From contig JABVCE010000011.1 in assembly GCA_014905635.1 (NCBI GenBank), positions 372,001-436,000 on the forward strand: DNA of 64,000 nt, in the 5' to 3' direction. The DNA is from Scenedesmus sp. PABB004. Its lineage: Eukaryota. The notes beneath the pieces were generated by a model, which had not been told where the DNA came from, did not search any database, and worked only from the letters and a program-made list of their open reading frames with translations. A program made the translations under genes and the position numbers. Of this stretch, positions 45,117 through 57,038 are shown one piece after another. Position 1 is the first letter of the stretch. The number at the start of each line of letters is the position of its first letter.

Positions 45117-46303
45117 ATGTTCACCGCGGGCCCCACCACCGCGGCGCGCGCGGTCGGCAGCAGGGTGCGAAGCGCCGGCGCCGCGGCAGCAGGGGGAGAT
45201 GCGCGTGCGCCTCGTCCGCCCTCCCCGCGCGCTCAGGCGCCGCCGGCTCGCCGCAGGCGGTCCTCGTGGGCGTCGTGGCGCGCCCGTGCCGTCCCTGCCG
45301 CGCCTGCGACGCCAGCGGCCGCACAGCAGGTGAAATTGCGCCCCGAGGCGCGGCCGATGGGCCCGCAGGCCGCGCCGCGGCGCCTCGCGGCCCGCCGCGG
45401 CGCGCCCTGGGCCGGGCCCGGCAGCGACGGCGCGTGCCCGACGCTCCGGCGCGCCCCGGGCCCCCTGCTGGGGCGCGGCGGCGGCCGCGGGCGTGGGGGC
45501 GGCAGTAGGCGCTGCTGCCGCAGCCGCTGCCGCGCCCGCCGCGCCGCAACCCCTCGGCGCCGCCGCGCGCGCCCGCCGCAGGCCGCCGCAGCAGCCGGCA
45601 CGTCGCGTCGGCGGGCAAGGGCGGGCTGCTGGACAGCCCGACCATCACGACGCCGACGTACGAAAAGGGGTGCGTTGGCGTGGGCCACCACGCAGCAGCG
45701 CCCCACCGCCGCGCCGCCCGCGCCCGCCCCGCCCCGGCCCGCCCCCTCTCATGCTGCCCGCCCGCGCCGCCCGCGCCCGCGCCCGCCTCCGCGCGGCGCC
45801 CGCGCCGCGCAGCACCGAGGGCAGCAAGAAGAAGCCGCCCATCTACAAGGTGATGCTGCACAACGACAACTACAACCGCCGCGAGTACGTGGTCAAGATA
45901 CTGCTCAAGACGGTCGAGGGCCTCACCGTGGACGACGCGGTCAACGTCATGCAGGCGCGCCGGCGGCGGCGCGGCGCGCCGCGGCGCCGGCGCGCGGGCG
46001 CGGGGGACGCAGCGGCGGCGGCGCGGGCGCAGGGGGCGCGGCGGGCGCAGCGCGCGCGCCGGGCGGCGGCGGGGCGAGCGGGGCGGGCGCCGCGCGCGCA
46101 CGCCAGCAGCGGAGCAGCGGCGGCGGCGCGGTATGCTTGCGCCCGCCGCCCATGCGCCCGCCGCCGCACCCGCCGCTGCCGCGCAGGAGGCGCACGAGAC
46201 GGGCGTCGCGCTCGTGGTGGCGTGCGCGCAGGAGGTGGCGGAGACGTACGTGGAGAGCCTGCGCCTCAATGGGCTCATCGCCTCCATGGAGCCGGGGCAC
46301 TGA
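45117..46303 (+). CDS. clpS: Chloroplast ClpS adaptor protein
   Basis: Transit-peptide-like N-terminus, then PPIYKVMLHNDNYNRREYVVKILLK..AVNVMQ|EAHETGVALVVACAQEVAETYVESLRLNGLIASMEP. Confidence 0.93.
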
Positions 46304-47506
46304 GACCGGCGCGCACCGCGCGCGCGCCGCGCAGCGCCGCGCCCGGGCGCCGCAGCGCTGCTGCGCCGGCGCCGGGGCGGCGGGCGCGGCGCCGCCGCCG
46401 CTCGCGTGGCCGCTGTCTGCGGCCGCGCGCGAGGGAGAGAGAGAGCGAGATAAGCGGCCGCCGCCCGGCCACCCCTCTCACTTAGGGCGGTGGCGTCCGC
46501 CAGCTGTGTACGATTAAACACACGTTTTGGAATGGCGGCGGCGGCGCCGCCGCGGGGCGCACGTCGCCGCGACGACGGGGCTCTGAGTTTTGGCGCACCG
46601 CGCGCGCTCGCAGCCCCCGCGCGCGCGCCGCGCCTGCCGCCTCGGCAGCGGTGGGCGCCGCGGCGCCCCGCGGGGTGTGTGTGTGTGTGTGCAACAGGGG
46701 GCGTCTGCCTGTTTATTTTTTTTCTCTGGTCGACCTGCGTCGCCGCACGCGCGGCACGGCGCGCGGGCGGGGCCATTGCCGTGCCTTCCTAGGCGAGAGA
46801 GAGGCCGCGTGCGCTGGCGCGGGGGCCGGCGGCGCTCGCTCGCTGCGAGCGCCGGCCGGCGGGTGCGCGCTGATTTGCACGCCACGGAGCCGCGGCGCGG
46901 CCACAGCGCAGCAGCAGCAGGGCCGCGGCGGGTGCAGGGCGGCGGCGCCACCAGGCGCGCGTCGCAACAAGAACTGCCTGCCTGGCGTCCGCCCCAGACT
47001 GAGCAACAGCAGCAGGCGCCGGGAAGGAAGGGCGGCACGCGCGTGTGTGCGCGCGCGGCCGGCGCGCGGCCGGCGCCGCCCAGGCACGCGCGCCGCGGCG
47101 CCCGTTTGATGGCGACGCGCCGCCGTGCCATGCGGCGCCATTTGATCGCATGTGACCGGCGTGTCTAGGCCTGCCCCTGCGGCATGTGCGGCGTGCCGCG
47201 CCGCCGCAGCACGCCGCGCGCCGGGCCGCGCGCGCCCTGCGGTGCGCAGCCTTGCGGCGGGCGTCCCTGCGTGTGCTGTCGTAGAGTCAGACGCTGTACA
47301 GGATTGATAATGCACACGGGGCGGGGGCCGTCGTCGTTAGGGGTCTGGTCGGCGGCGCGGGCACCTGAATCGCCAAGCCCGCGTCCATACGCCTGCGGCA
47401 GCAGCCCCCCTCGCGGCAGAGCAATCGCGCCCGCAGCAGAAGGCGCCGCCGACCAGGCCACGCGCCCCGCTGCGCGCTGCAGCGGCGGCGGCGGCGCGCT
47501 CAAAAG

Positions 47507-48787
47507 ATGGGCGGCCGCATGCTGCTGGGCTGGCGCTGGCTCAGCCCGGCCGCCCAGCCGGCGGTGACGACCCAGCGCCCGGTGCCGTCGCCGCGGCTGC
47601 GGACGACCTCGAGCCGGTGCGTGCGCACGCCGCGCTGCGCCGGCAACAGCCCCGCCGCTGCTCGCGCGCCCTCTCACCGCCGCCGCTGCCGCCGGCCCTC
47701 GCCGTCAACGCAGGCCAGAGGCCGCTGCCGGCGGCAGCAGTAGCAGCAGCTGCAGCAGCAGCAGCGGTGCAGCGGCGCAGCCGCGGGCGCAGCAGCAGCG
47801 CCCGGCGCCGCCAGGCGGCGGCGGCGGCGGCGGCGGCTGGCCGCGCTGGCGCGTGGGCGAGGCGGGCGACGGCAGCGGCGGCGACGGCGGCAGCAGCGAC
47901 GCGGGGGGCCCCCACCCGCTGCGCGCGCTGCTGCGCGCGCTGCTGCGCGCGCTGCTGCCCGCGGCGGCGCTGCAGCTCACGGCGCCGCGGGGCGCGGCCG
48001 CGGCGGGCGGGCGCGGGCGCGCGGGCCTGGTCTCTCGCGCCGACGAGCGGCTGCTGCCCGAGTGGGAGGTGGAGGCGTTTGTGGAGCGCATGTGGGGGCT
48101 CTCAGGGCCTATCATGACGCAGCTGGGCTTCTCTGGCCTCCTCGGCGCCGCGGCGGCGGCGGCGCTCAAGGCACGGCGCGGCGCGCGCGCGGCGCGAGCG
48201 CTCCGGCGTGCGGCGCGGCGCGGCGGCGCGCGACCGCAGCCCCCGCCGCCGCCGACCCCGCCGCCGCCGCAGTGGGTCGGCCGCGCGCTCGCGGCGTCGC
48301 TGGGCGTGGCGCTGGTGCTGGTGCAGGTGCTGTCTCACTATGGGGCCATCACGGTCAACTGGTCCGTGGTGCACCGCCAGGCGGCGCAGGTGCTCGACCG
48401 CACCGGCGACGGGTGCGCTGCAGCGCCACGCGGCGCACGCGCCGCGCGCGCCCTGCCCTTTGCACTCCCCCGCGCGCGCCCGCCTACTTGCCGCCGCGCG
48501 TCACGGCGGCCCTGCCGCGCGCGTGCGCGCCGCAGGCGGCTCGACCCTGACCGCCTCAAGCGCGCTCTCAAGCAGGGCCTGATCCTGCTCACTGAGGCGC
48601 GTGCGCGCGCCGCCACGCACCGCTCGCTCCCGCTGCACAACCCGCGCGCCGCCGCGCTGCGCGCCGAGGGACCGCGCGCCCCGCGCGCCGCCCGCCGACG
48701 GCCGCCGCCGCGTCGCCGCCGCGGCAGGGCGTGCCGAGCGTGTCGGGCTTCCTGGTGGGCTTTGCCGTCGGGCTGCGCGTCTTCTGA
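47507..48787 (+). CDS. FUN14-family membrane protein (5' exon uncertain)
   Basis: QLGFSGLLGAAAAAALK|WVGRALAASLGVALVLVQVLSHYGAITVNWS..LDRTGDG|RLD..|GVPSVSGFLVGFAVG. Confidence 0.85.
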
Positions 48788-49153
48788 CGGCGGCGCTGCG
48801 CCGCGGGCGCGCGTGTACCAACGCTGTACAACAGGCGGCTGGGTGGGTGGGTGGTGAGCGGGGAGGCTCGTTCAGATGCGTTCTCGCGCTCAGCGCGGCG
48901 GTGTGCTTCGGTCTGCCGTGGCGTGGCCGCGTGCTGGGCCCTCACGCGCGGCGGCGGCGGCGTGCAACTGACAGCGGGAGCAGGACCTCCCCGCGCGCAC
49001 AGGGAGCCCAGCAGCAGCCAGGCGCCCTTTCACCGCCGCCACGGCTGCAGCGCCGCTGCAGCGTGCGGGGCACCTCCCGGCGCGCACGCCCAGCCCCGCG
49101 CAGCTCGCCCCCGATCCGCGCTCTCAGCACGCCGCAGCACCGCTCGCTGCAGC

Positions 49154-51008
49154 ATGGCGACCGACGGGGAAGCCAGCTGCGCCGCCGAGGAGTGCGCGCT
49201 GCTGCCGGCCCTGGAGGCGCTGGGCGAGGCGGCCTGGGGCGCCGCGCTGGTCCCCAAGCTGCTGGCGGACCGTGCCAGTGCGCCCGCGTTCGCACTGGCC
49301 TGCAGGGCGACGCGGCGCGTGGTGCACGGCGCGGTCGCGGCGCTGAAGCTGCCCGCCGGCGACTGCGAGCGCGCGGCGGCGCTGCAGGGCGGACTGTTCG
49401 CGTCCTGCGCCAGGGTGGAGGTCACGCTGGCCAGCCGCGAGGACGCCGCGGTCGGCCTGGCGGCCGCGCTGCCGGCGCTCGCGACGTGAGCGGGCGACCG
49501 GCGCTGCTGCTGCTGCTGCTGCTGCTATGCGCGCGGCCTGCGCAGGCGTGCCTGCCGCCCGCGGCGCCGGCTGCTTGGTGGCCGTGGCGGCGTGCATGCC
49601 CTGCGCCGCCCACGCAGCGTGCCCGGTCGACGGCTGACGCGTGCCGCCCGCCGCCTGCCCGCCCGCCGCGCAGGCTGCCGCAGCTGACGGCGCTGCGGCT
49701 GCTCGTCGCGGACAGCAGCGCTAGCGAGCCGCTCAACCTGGCGCTTGTGCTGGGCACTGTGCGCTTTGCCCTGCCCGGCCTGCGCGAGCTGGAGCTGGAC
49801 GTGGCCAGCAGCTGGGCGGGCAGCGACGCGGCGTGGCGGGCCCTGGGCCTGGCGACGCAGCTCACCGCCGTCACCGTGCGGTTTGGTGCAGGCCTGCAGG
49901 TGCCTGCCAAGCTGGCGCACTGCTCGGCGCTGACCCAGCTCAGCGGCCTGGCGAGCCTGGAGGTGTCTGGCGGCAGGTTCAGCAAGAGCCCTCAGCAGCA
50001 GTACGGCTGGCTGAGCGGCCTGGCGCCAGCGCTCACGTCGCTGCGCCTCCCTTGGGTGCGCGACCACCAAGGCCTGGCGTCTGTGGGCGCCTGCACGGGG
50101 CTGCGCAGCCTTTGCTTGTGTCCGCAGGCTGATCGCAGAGCCGGCGAAATTGCGTTGCCGGCGCTGGGCGGCGACGAGTGCGCGGCGCTCGCGCGCCTGG
50201 TCGCGCTGACGGAGCTGCAGCTGCTAGCCAGGCAGGGCTCGGACCCGCGCCTGCTGGCGGCGCTGGGCGCGTTGACCGACCTGCACGTGTTGAGTGTTCA
50301 TGGCCTGTCGCGTGCTTCGCTGCCGTGCCTGGCGGGCCTGAGCCGGCTGACTTGGCTGGTTGGCGGGTGGGTGGAGAGTGGCGAGGGCGCGGCCGTGACG
50401 TGCCCCTCGGTGGCGGAGCTGTGGGGCAACGGGCCGGTGCCGTTTGCGGCCTTTCCCCGCCTGCGCACGGTCGGGCAGTGGAAATCCTGGTCGCCGGCCA
50501 CGCTGCAGGAGCTGGCCGATCACTGCAGCTGCAGGTGCTGGTGCTTGATGACAGCGTGCACAGCCCCAGCCTGCTGCAGGGCGAGGGCGGCAGCGAGGCG
50601 GAACGCGTGGCGGCGGTGCGGTCGCTGGCGCGTCTGCCCGCGCTGCGCGAGCTTGAATTTGCTACGGGTGACGACACAGAGCTCGCGGCGCTGGCCAAGT
50701 GCACGCAGCTCACCTATCTCGACGTGCACGTGCCCGCCGGCAGCGACATCACGACAGTGGGTTTGATGCAGCTGGCCTGCATGCACGCGCTGCGAGACGT
50801 GCGGCTGAAGCTGCGCGGGCTGGAGCTGTCCCGGGCGGACGCGCGCGCGGTGCTGTGCGGGCTGTCGTTTCTGAAGTATCTCTGGCTGGGCGTTGCGAAC
50901 GAGGACGAGGACGACGAGTGGCGTGCGGCGGTGTCGGCGGTGGACGCGGCTGGCCTGCCCCGACCCGCGAAGGTGGATCTGAAGGTGCTGGAGGAGGAGG
51001 AGGCATGA
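49154..51008 (+). CDS. Leucine-rich repeat protein of algal type with an F-box-like N-terminus; apparent frameshift near 50528
   Basis: N-terminal AFALACRATRRVV, followed by repeated LxxLxxLxL units (LPQLTALRL, LPGLRELEL, LSGLASLEV, LVALTELQL, LPALRELEF, CTQLTYLDV). Confidence 0.75.
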
Positions 51009-51781
51009 CGGGCGGCCCCGTTCGGCGGCGGGGTGAGCGCACACTCGGCTGCGCCGCCGGCTGCTGCGTGCGTGCGTGCGCCGCGCGAGTGTGCAGCTGC
51101 TGCACTTGGGGCAGTTGGGGATGCGTGCCCGGCGAGCAGCACGGCTGCTCGCCGGGCACGCGCGTCGCCGTGTGTGCGCACGCGGCCCGGCGGGCGCGCC
51201 CGGCGCCACGACGCGGCGGCGCGCTGAGCCCCGCGCAGGCGCGCGGGCTGTGGCGCGGCGTGCAACGGTTGAGGAGCGGGCCCTCGCTGCGCGCCCAGCT
51301 GCGGCCGAGCAGCGAGCCGCCCAGCAGCTGGCGAGCGGCCGCTGCCTTCGCAGGGTTTCGGGCGGCCGCGCCGCGGCCGCCGCCGACCTGCCCCTTGGGC
51401 CCCCAGGTCTCCCGAGCAGTCTCCCGCCCGCCCGCTGCCGCTCCCGACGCCCCAGCCCTCCAGGTGCGCCGCGCGGCCTCGAGCTGCCGCCCCCTCGCGC
51501 CCCCGGGCCGCGGGAGCTCTCGTCGTCCGCGGTGGCTTGCTGCGTTGGCCCGAGCGATCGCCTGGTGGCGCGCGGGGCAGCGCGGACCGCCGCGCGGCGC
51601 GGGGGCGGGCGGACAGCTCGGCATCCCCCGAGCGTTTTTCCCACGAAGCTCCACGCTCGGCTCCGGCCCCCGCCGATCTCGCGCGCGGCGGCGGCTCCCC
51701 AATCACGACACGCCGCGCCCGCCGCCGCCGCCGCCCGCCTGGCGCGCGCCGCCGCAGACGCCCGCGCCCGCCTCCACCACC

Positions 51782-52057
51782 ATGCCGTGCGGCGGCAAGG
51801 ACTGCGGCTGCGGCGACAGCTGCGCCTGCGGCGAGGACTGCGCCTGGTGAGCCGCCGGGCCGCCGCGCGCCTGCGCAGGCGCGCTCGGCGCGCGCGCCCG
51901 CGCGCCGCCCCAGCCCGCCGCCTGCCGCGCCGCGCCCCGCGCCGCACCGCACAGCAAGGCCAAGTGCACGACGCCGTGCACCTGCGGCGCGGACTGCAAG
52001 TGCGGCGCCCACTGCGACTGCAAGAAGGCCGCGGGCGGGTGCTGCACCAGCAAGTAG
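51782..52057 (+). CDS. Metallothionein (55 aa, 16 Cys, 2 exons)
   Basis: Exons 51782-51846 and 51955-52057 give MPCGGKDCGCGDSCACGEDCACKAKCTTPCTCGADCKCGAHCDCKKAAGGCCTSK*. Confidence 0.88.
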
Positions 52058-52164
52058 GCCTGCCAGCTGGCCGGCCGCGAGCCGCGCACGCGCCCAGTCA
52101 CATGCGCGCGCGCCCCAGTCACATGCGCGCGCGCCCCAGTCACGTGCGCGCGCGCCACCTGTGA

Positions 52165-52170
52165 GTTACA
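52165..52170 (-). promoter_or_regulatory. Chlorophyte-type TGTAA polyadenylation signal downstream of the kinase gene
   Basis: GTTACA on the + strand reads TGTAAC on the - strand, about 225 nt after the stop at 52395. Confidence 0.5.
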
Positions 52171-52394
52171 GGCGGTAACGGCCACCCAAGCGCGCCCGCC
52201 GCCGCGGCAGCCGCCTGGCTGCGGGCGCGCGCCTGCAGGCCCCGCGCCGTTGCCCCCTCCGCGACCGCCCCCCAAAGGGTTGTGTTCAATCACGGGCAGT
52301 GCCGCCGCCGCGCTCTCGCCTCCCTCTAACGCACCACCAGCCCCCTCTGCACAGTGCGCGCCCCAGCCACGCGCCGCGCTCAGCCAGCGCTCGC

Positions 52395-52918
52395 TCACTG
52401 CAGCGCGGCGGCGGGCGCGCGCGGCTGCGGCGGCGTCGGCGGGCGGGCCGCCTCGCTGAACGAAATTTCGCCCAGGCCCTCGCCCGCGTGCAGCAGCTGC
52501 GCCGGCTGCTGCGCTGCCACGTGCTCGCCCGGCCGCGGCGCGTCCGGCGGCGGCCGCCCGTCCGGCGGCGGCGGCGGCAGCGGCTGCTGCTGCTTCTGTG
52601 ACTGCTGCTCCCGCGACTGCTGCGCCTGCGGCGCCTGCTGCGCCAGCGCCTGCCCCGGCTGCTCCGGATGCCCCGCCGCGGCCGGCGCGCCCTGCTGCCG
52701 CGGCGCGCCGGCGCCGGCGCCGGCGCCGGGCGGGCTCGCCGCGCCGTCGTCGCCGTCGCCGTCGGCGCCGCCGGCGGAGCTGAAAAAGTCTGAGATCGTC
52801 GCCAGGTCGGTGTGGCCGCCGCGGCTCTCGTATTCAAACGGGTTGATCTGCCACCGCGCAGCGGGGGAGCGGAGGGAGGGGCAGGGGGTGGGTGGGTGGA
52901 GGTCGGCGCGGTCGCGGC

Positions 52919-52949
<31 letters not shown>

Positions 52950-55900
52950 GCGGCAGCGGCAGCGGCGGCGGCACGTCCTCGGCAGCGTGCGCACCGAGGT
53001 GAGGCTGATCTTGCGCAGCCCGGCGGCGCCCCGCGGCGCCGCGCCGGCCTCGCCGCCGCTGGCGCCCGCGTACGCGCCCGCGCTGGCGGCGTCCTCCTGC
53101 TCCGGGGAGTAGCGGCTCGCGGCGAGGTAGATCATGCGCCGCAGCGCGCTGTCGCGGTCGCGGCTCACAAACGCGCCCGCCGCGACCTGGCGGGCGGCGC
53201 GGGCGCGCGGGCGGCGCGGCGCGCGGGCGTGGGCCGGCGGCGGGCGCACAAGGCGCAGAGGGCGTGCAGCGGCGTGCGGGGCAGGGGCCGGCCGCCGGCG
53301 CCGGCGGCAGGCGGGGGCGGCACGCGCGAGCTCGCGCGGCGCGTGCGGCGCGGCTCTCGCGGCGCGGCTCTCGCGGCGCCCGCGGCGCCCCCGGTGCGTG
53401 CCGCGCACCTGCGCCGCGGCGGCGCGCACCTGCTGGTCGATGCGCGCCTGCTCTTCGTTCAGCCGGCCCATCGCGTTCGCGTACAGCGGCGGCAGCGGGC
53501 GCGCAAACCAGGGGTGCTCGCGAATGCCAGGGATGTCGATGCTGCGCGCAGCAGCAGCAGCAGCGCGGTGTGGGTGTGGGTGTGGGCGGGTGGGGTGGGT
53601 GTGTGCGTGTGTGCATGTGTGCATGTGCGTGTGTGCATGTGCGTGTTTGTGTGTGTAGGAGGGCGCCGGCGCCCGCGCCTCAGCCCCGGCGCGCCTAAAC
53701 CCCCAGCGCGCCCCAGACCCCGCCAACCGGCCGCACCGCTGGCCCTCCTCGAGCGCAAACATGCGGTTCAGCAAGTCGGTGCACTCGGCCGACAGCATCG
53801 CCGCGTCCTGCGCGATCAGCGGGTTGTCGTGCCACGACGCCGTGTTCTGCTGCCGCCACACCTGCGCGCGGCGCGGGCGTTTGGCGACCGTTGGGCGTCC
53901 GCCCCGCTCAGCCGCGCGCCCCGCCGCACGCCCCACGCCGCGCCCCGCGCCGCAAGCCCCGCGCCGCAAGCCTCGCGCGCCGCGCCGCAAGCCCCACGCC
54001 GCGCCGCGCCCCGCTGCGGCCGCACGTGCGCGGAGACCTCCTCCAGGTTTGTCGCGTTGGACATCTCGATGCCCTCAAACGGGAAGCGGCCGATGAGCAT
54101 GACGACCAGCATCACGCCCGCCGCCCAGATGTCGGCCTTGGTGCCGTCGTACAGCGCCTGTAGACGCAGCGGCGGCGGTGGTGGGGGTGGTGGCGGCGGC
54201 GGTGGTTACGTTGGTGGTGGTAAGGCGGCGGGGCGGGCGGCGGCGCGCGCGCGCGGAGGAAGAGGAGGGGCGCTGCGCCGCACCGCCTTGTTGCAGGCCT
54301 TGGGACCCAGCAGCTGCGGCGACATGTAGTCCGGCGTGCCTGGCGCGGCCGGGCGGCGGCCGGGCGGCGGCGTCGCGCGCGGCGCGCGCACACGGCCTTG
54401 CCGCCCGTCCTCCTCCCTCCCTCCCGCGGGGCCCAGCTGCGCCCCACAGCGGCGCCCCACGGCCGTGCGCCCACGCCGCGGCGGGCCCCGCTCACCGGTG
54501 ATGGTTGACATGTGTGGCTCCTGGCTCCACCACTTGGCAAAGCCAAAGTCGCAGAGCTTGATGCGCGGCGGGTCCTGGTCGTCCAGCAGCGTGTTGTCCA
54601 TCTTGAGGTCCCTGTTGACAGTGGCGGGCGGAGGCACACGGCCGGAGAGGGAGGAGGCGGGAGAGGGGCGAGAAGGAGGAGGGTGGGAGCGGTGCGGGTG
54701 GGCGGGGGCGGGGGAGCGCGCGGCGGCCGCAGTCGCCGCACGCAGGCGCCCGCGCGCCGCGCCGCGCCGCGCACCTGTGCGCGACCTTGTTTTTGTGGCA
54801 GTAGTCCACGGCGTTGATGATCTGCGCGCGCGTGTGTGTGCGTGTTGTGTGTGTGGCGGGGGAGGGGCGGCGTCGGCGCGGCGCCGGGCCCGGCGCCGGC
54901 GGCGCTGCGGCGCTGCGGCTGCGGCGCCGCCCCGCGCGCCGCGAGCGCCAGCCCAGCCCCCTGCGCCCGCTGCCGCTGCTGCTGAGCTGCTGCTGGCGCT
55001 GCCCCCGCTGCCGCCGCTGGCGCTGCCGTCGCTGCTGCTGCTGCTGCTGGCGCTGCTGGCGCTGCTGGTGCGCGCCTGTGTGAAGAAGTAGCGCGCCTCG
55101 TCCTCCTCCATCACCAGGCCGTCGCGCGTGTCAAACGACCCAAACTTGAGCAGGATGGTCTGGCGCCGGCGGGCGGCGCGCGGGCGCGGGAGCGGGCGCG
55201 TGAGGGGCGCGGTGGGCGCGGGCGGCGGTGGCTGCGCCGCGCTCCCGCCTCCGACGCGTGTGACGTCACGTTATCGTAACGGAATGCAACACAAAATGCA
55301 ACAGCCGCCGGGGCGCCCCACCTTGAGGATGTAGTCCGCCATGTTGCCGCCGGCGACGTACTCCATGACCAGACCCAGGTGCGTGCTGCGCGGCGGGCGG
55401 CGGCGGCGGCAGGCAGGGTGTGGCGGTGGCAGGCAGGGCGCGAGCGTGAGCGAGCGCGAGCGAGCGTGAGTGGCCGCGGGCCGACGCGTGGACTCTGGAG
55501 GGCGCCCCCGCCCTGCCCCGCCCTGCCAGCCTCCCTCCCTCCCGCGCCCGCCGCCTGGCTGCCTGCCTCGCGCGCGCGCGCGGCCGCCTCGCGTGAGCGC
55601 GACCGCCCGCGCGCGCGCGCGCGGCTGCCTGTCGCGCGCGCGCAGCCGCCTCTCGCCGCCGTGCCGCCCGCCGCGCGTCGCGCGCACCGGGTGAGTATGA
55701 GCTCGCGCGGCTTGACGATGTTAAGGTGCCCCTTGCCCAGCTGCGCGCCGATCTTGACCTCTCGCATGATGTTGTTCCCCATCAGCGGCGGCAGCGGCCG
55801 GGCCATGAGCTTGACGGCGAGCAGCTCGCCGCTGCTGCGGTCGCGGCAGAGCCACGCGTCGCCCGCAGAGCCGCTGCCGAGGAGGTGCTTGACCTCGTAC

Positions 55901-56145
55901 GACTCAGCCAGCCCGCCTGTGTGGGCGCGCGGGGGCGCGCGGGCGCGGTGGTGGCGCGGGCGCGGGTGCGGGCGGGGAGTGGGGTGCGAGGAAGGGGGAG
56001 GAGAGGGTGACGGGCGGCCGGCCGCCGCGCGGCGCCGGCGGCGCGCGGCGCGGCGGCGCGCGGCGCGCGCTGCACCCGTCGCGTCGTTGGCGCGCGCCAC
56101 CTCTTCGACGTCCACGTCCGCCGCCTTGCCCAGGCAGCCGCCCAT
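52395..56145 (-). CDS. SnRK2-related Ser/Thr protein kinase with an N-myristoylation/palmitoylation-type start (MGGCLG)
   Basis: LGSGSAG, LAVKLM, HLNIV, HLGLVMEYVAGG, EDEARYFFTQ|IINAVDYCH..HRDLKMDNTLL..RIKLCDFGFAK, GTPDYMSP, YDGTKADIWAAGV and IREHPWF. Confidence 0.92.
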
Positions 56146-56961
56146 CGCGCCGCGGGCGGCCGGGCCGGGACCCGCCGCGCGCGGCGCTGCTGGGGGCGCG
56201 CGGCCCCCGCCCCCGGCGCCGCGGCGCGGTCGCCGCCCGTGCGGCGCCGGCCTGCGCCTGCCGCGCGGTCAGGGGCGGCGGCGCATGCGGGCGGCCTGCA
56301 GGCGGCGACGACGGCGCGGGCGGCGTGTGCGGCGGCAGCGGCGGGCGCGCGGCGGCGGGCGCCTGCTGCGGCGGCCGCTCGAGCGGGGCGTCTGCTGGGC
56401 TCTGTCGCACCGCAGCGCCAGGCGGCCGCGGGGCCAGGCCTGCGCGCGCAGGCGGCCGCTCGCTGCGCGGGGTGCCCGGGGCCGCTGCTGCCGCCGCTGC
56501 CGCCGCTGCCGCCGCCCACCTGTTGACCCAGGGAGCCCGCTCCGCTGTGCCCGCACGCCCCGAAGCCCTGACAGAGCCGCTCCGGCCGGCAGCGCGCTGT
56601 TCTGCTGCTGCCCCCAGAGGCGCTGCTCGTGCGGTCCGCCGGGGAGCAGGGCGCGCGCCCGAGCGCTGGCTGCTCGGATCGCGGGCGTCAGGTCTCTTGC
56701 GAATCCGGCGCGCCTCCGCGGCTGGGCGTGCGAGTGCGCGAGGGTGGCTGGGCGAGGCACTGAAACCCCAAACGCCTGCGCTCAAAGGATACGTCCCGCA
56801 CTGCCTGCCGGCGTTCAGCGCGGCCTGCTCCGCTGCTCCGCCCCGCAGCCAGCCGGGTCACCAGCCAAGCTCAGCGCGGCGGCGCTGCCCGCCTCTGCGG
56901 GCCCGCCGCCGGTGCCGACGGCCACAGCCGTGGCGGGCGCGGCCCGGCCCCTGGCTTCGCT

Positions 56962-56967
56962 GTTACA
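56962..56967 (-). promoter_or_regulatory. TGTAA polyadenylation signal downstream of the oxidoreductase gene
   Basis: GTTACA on the + strand, about 70 nt after the stop at 57039. Confidence 0.55.
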
Positions 56968-57038
56968 CGCCACCCCGGCGCCCCGGCGCCAGCGCCCGCG
57001 CCCCGGCGCAAGCGCCGACGCCCGGCGCAGCCGTGCGC

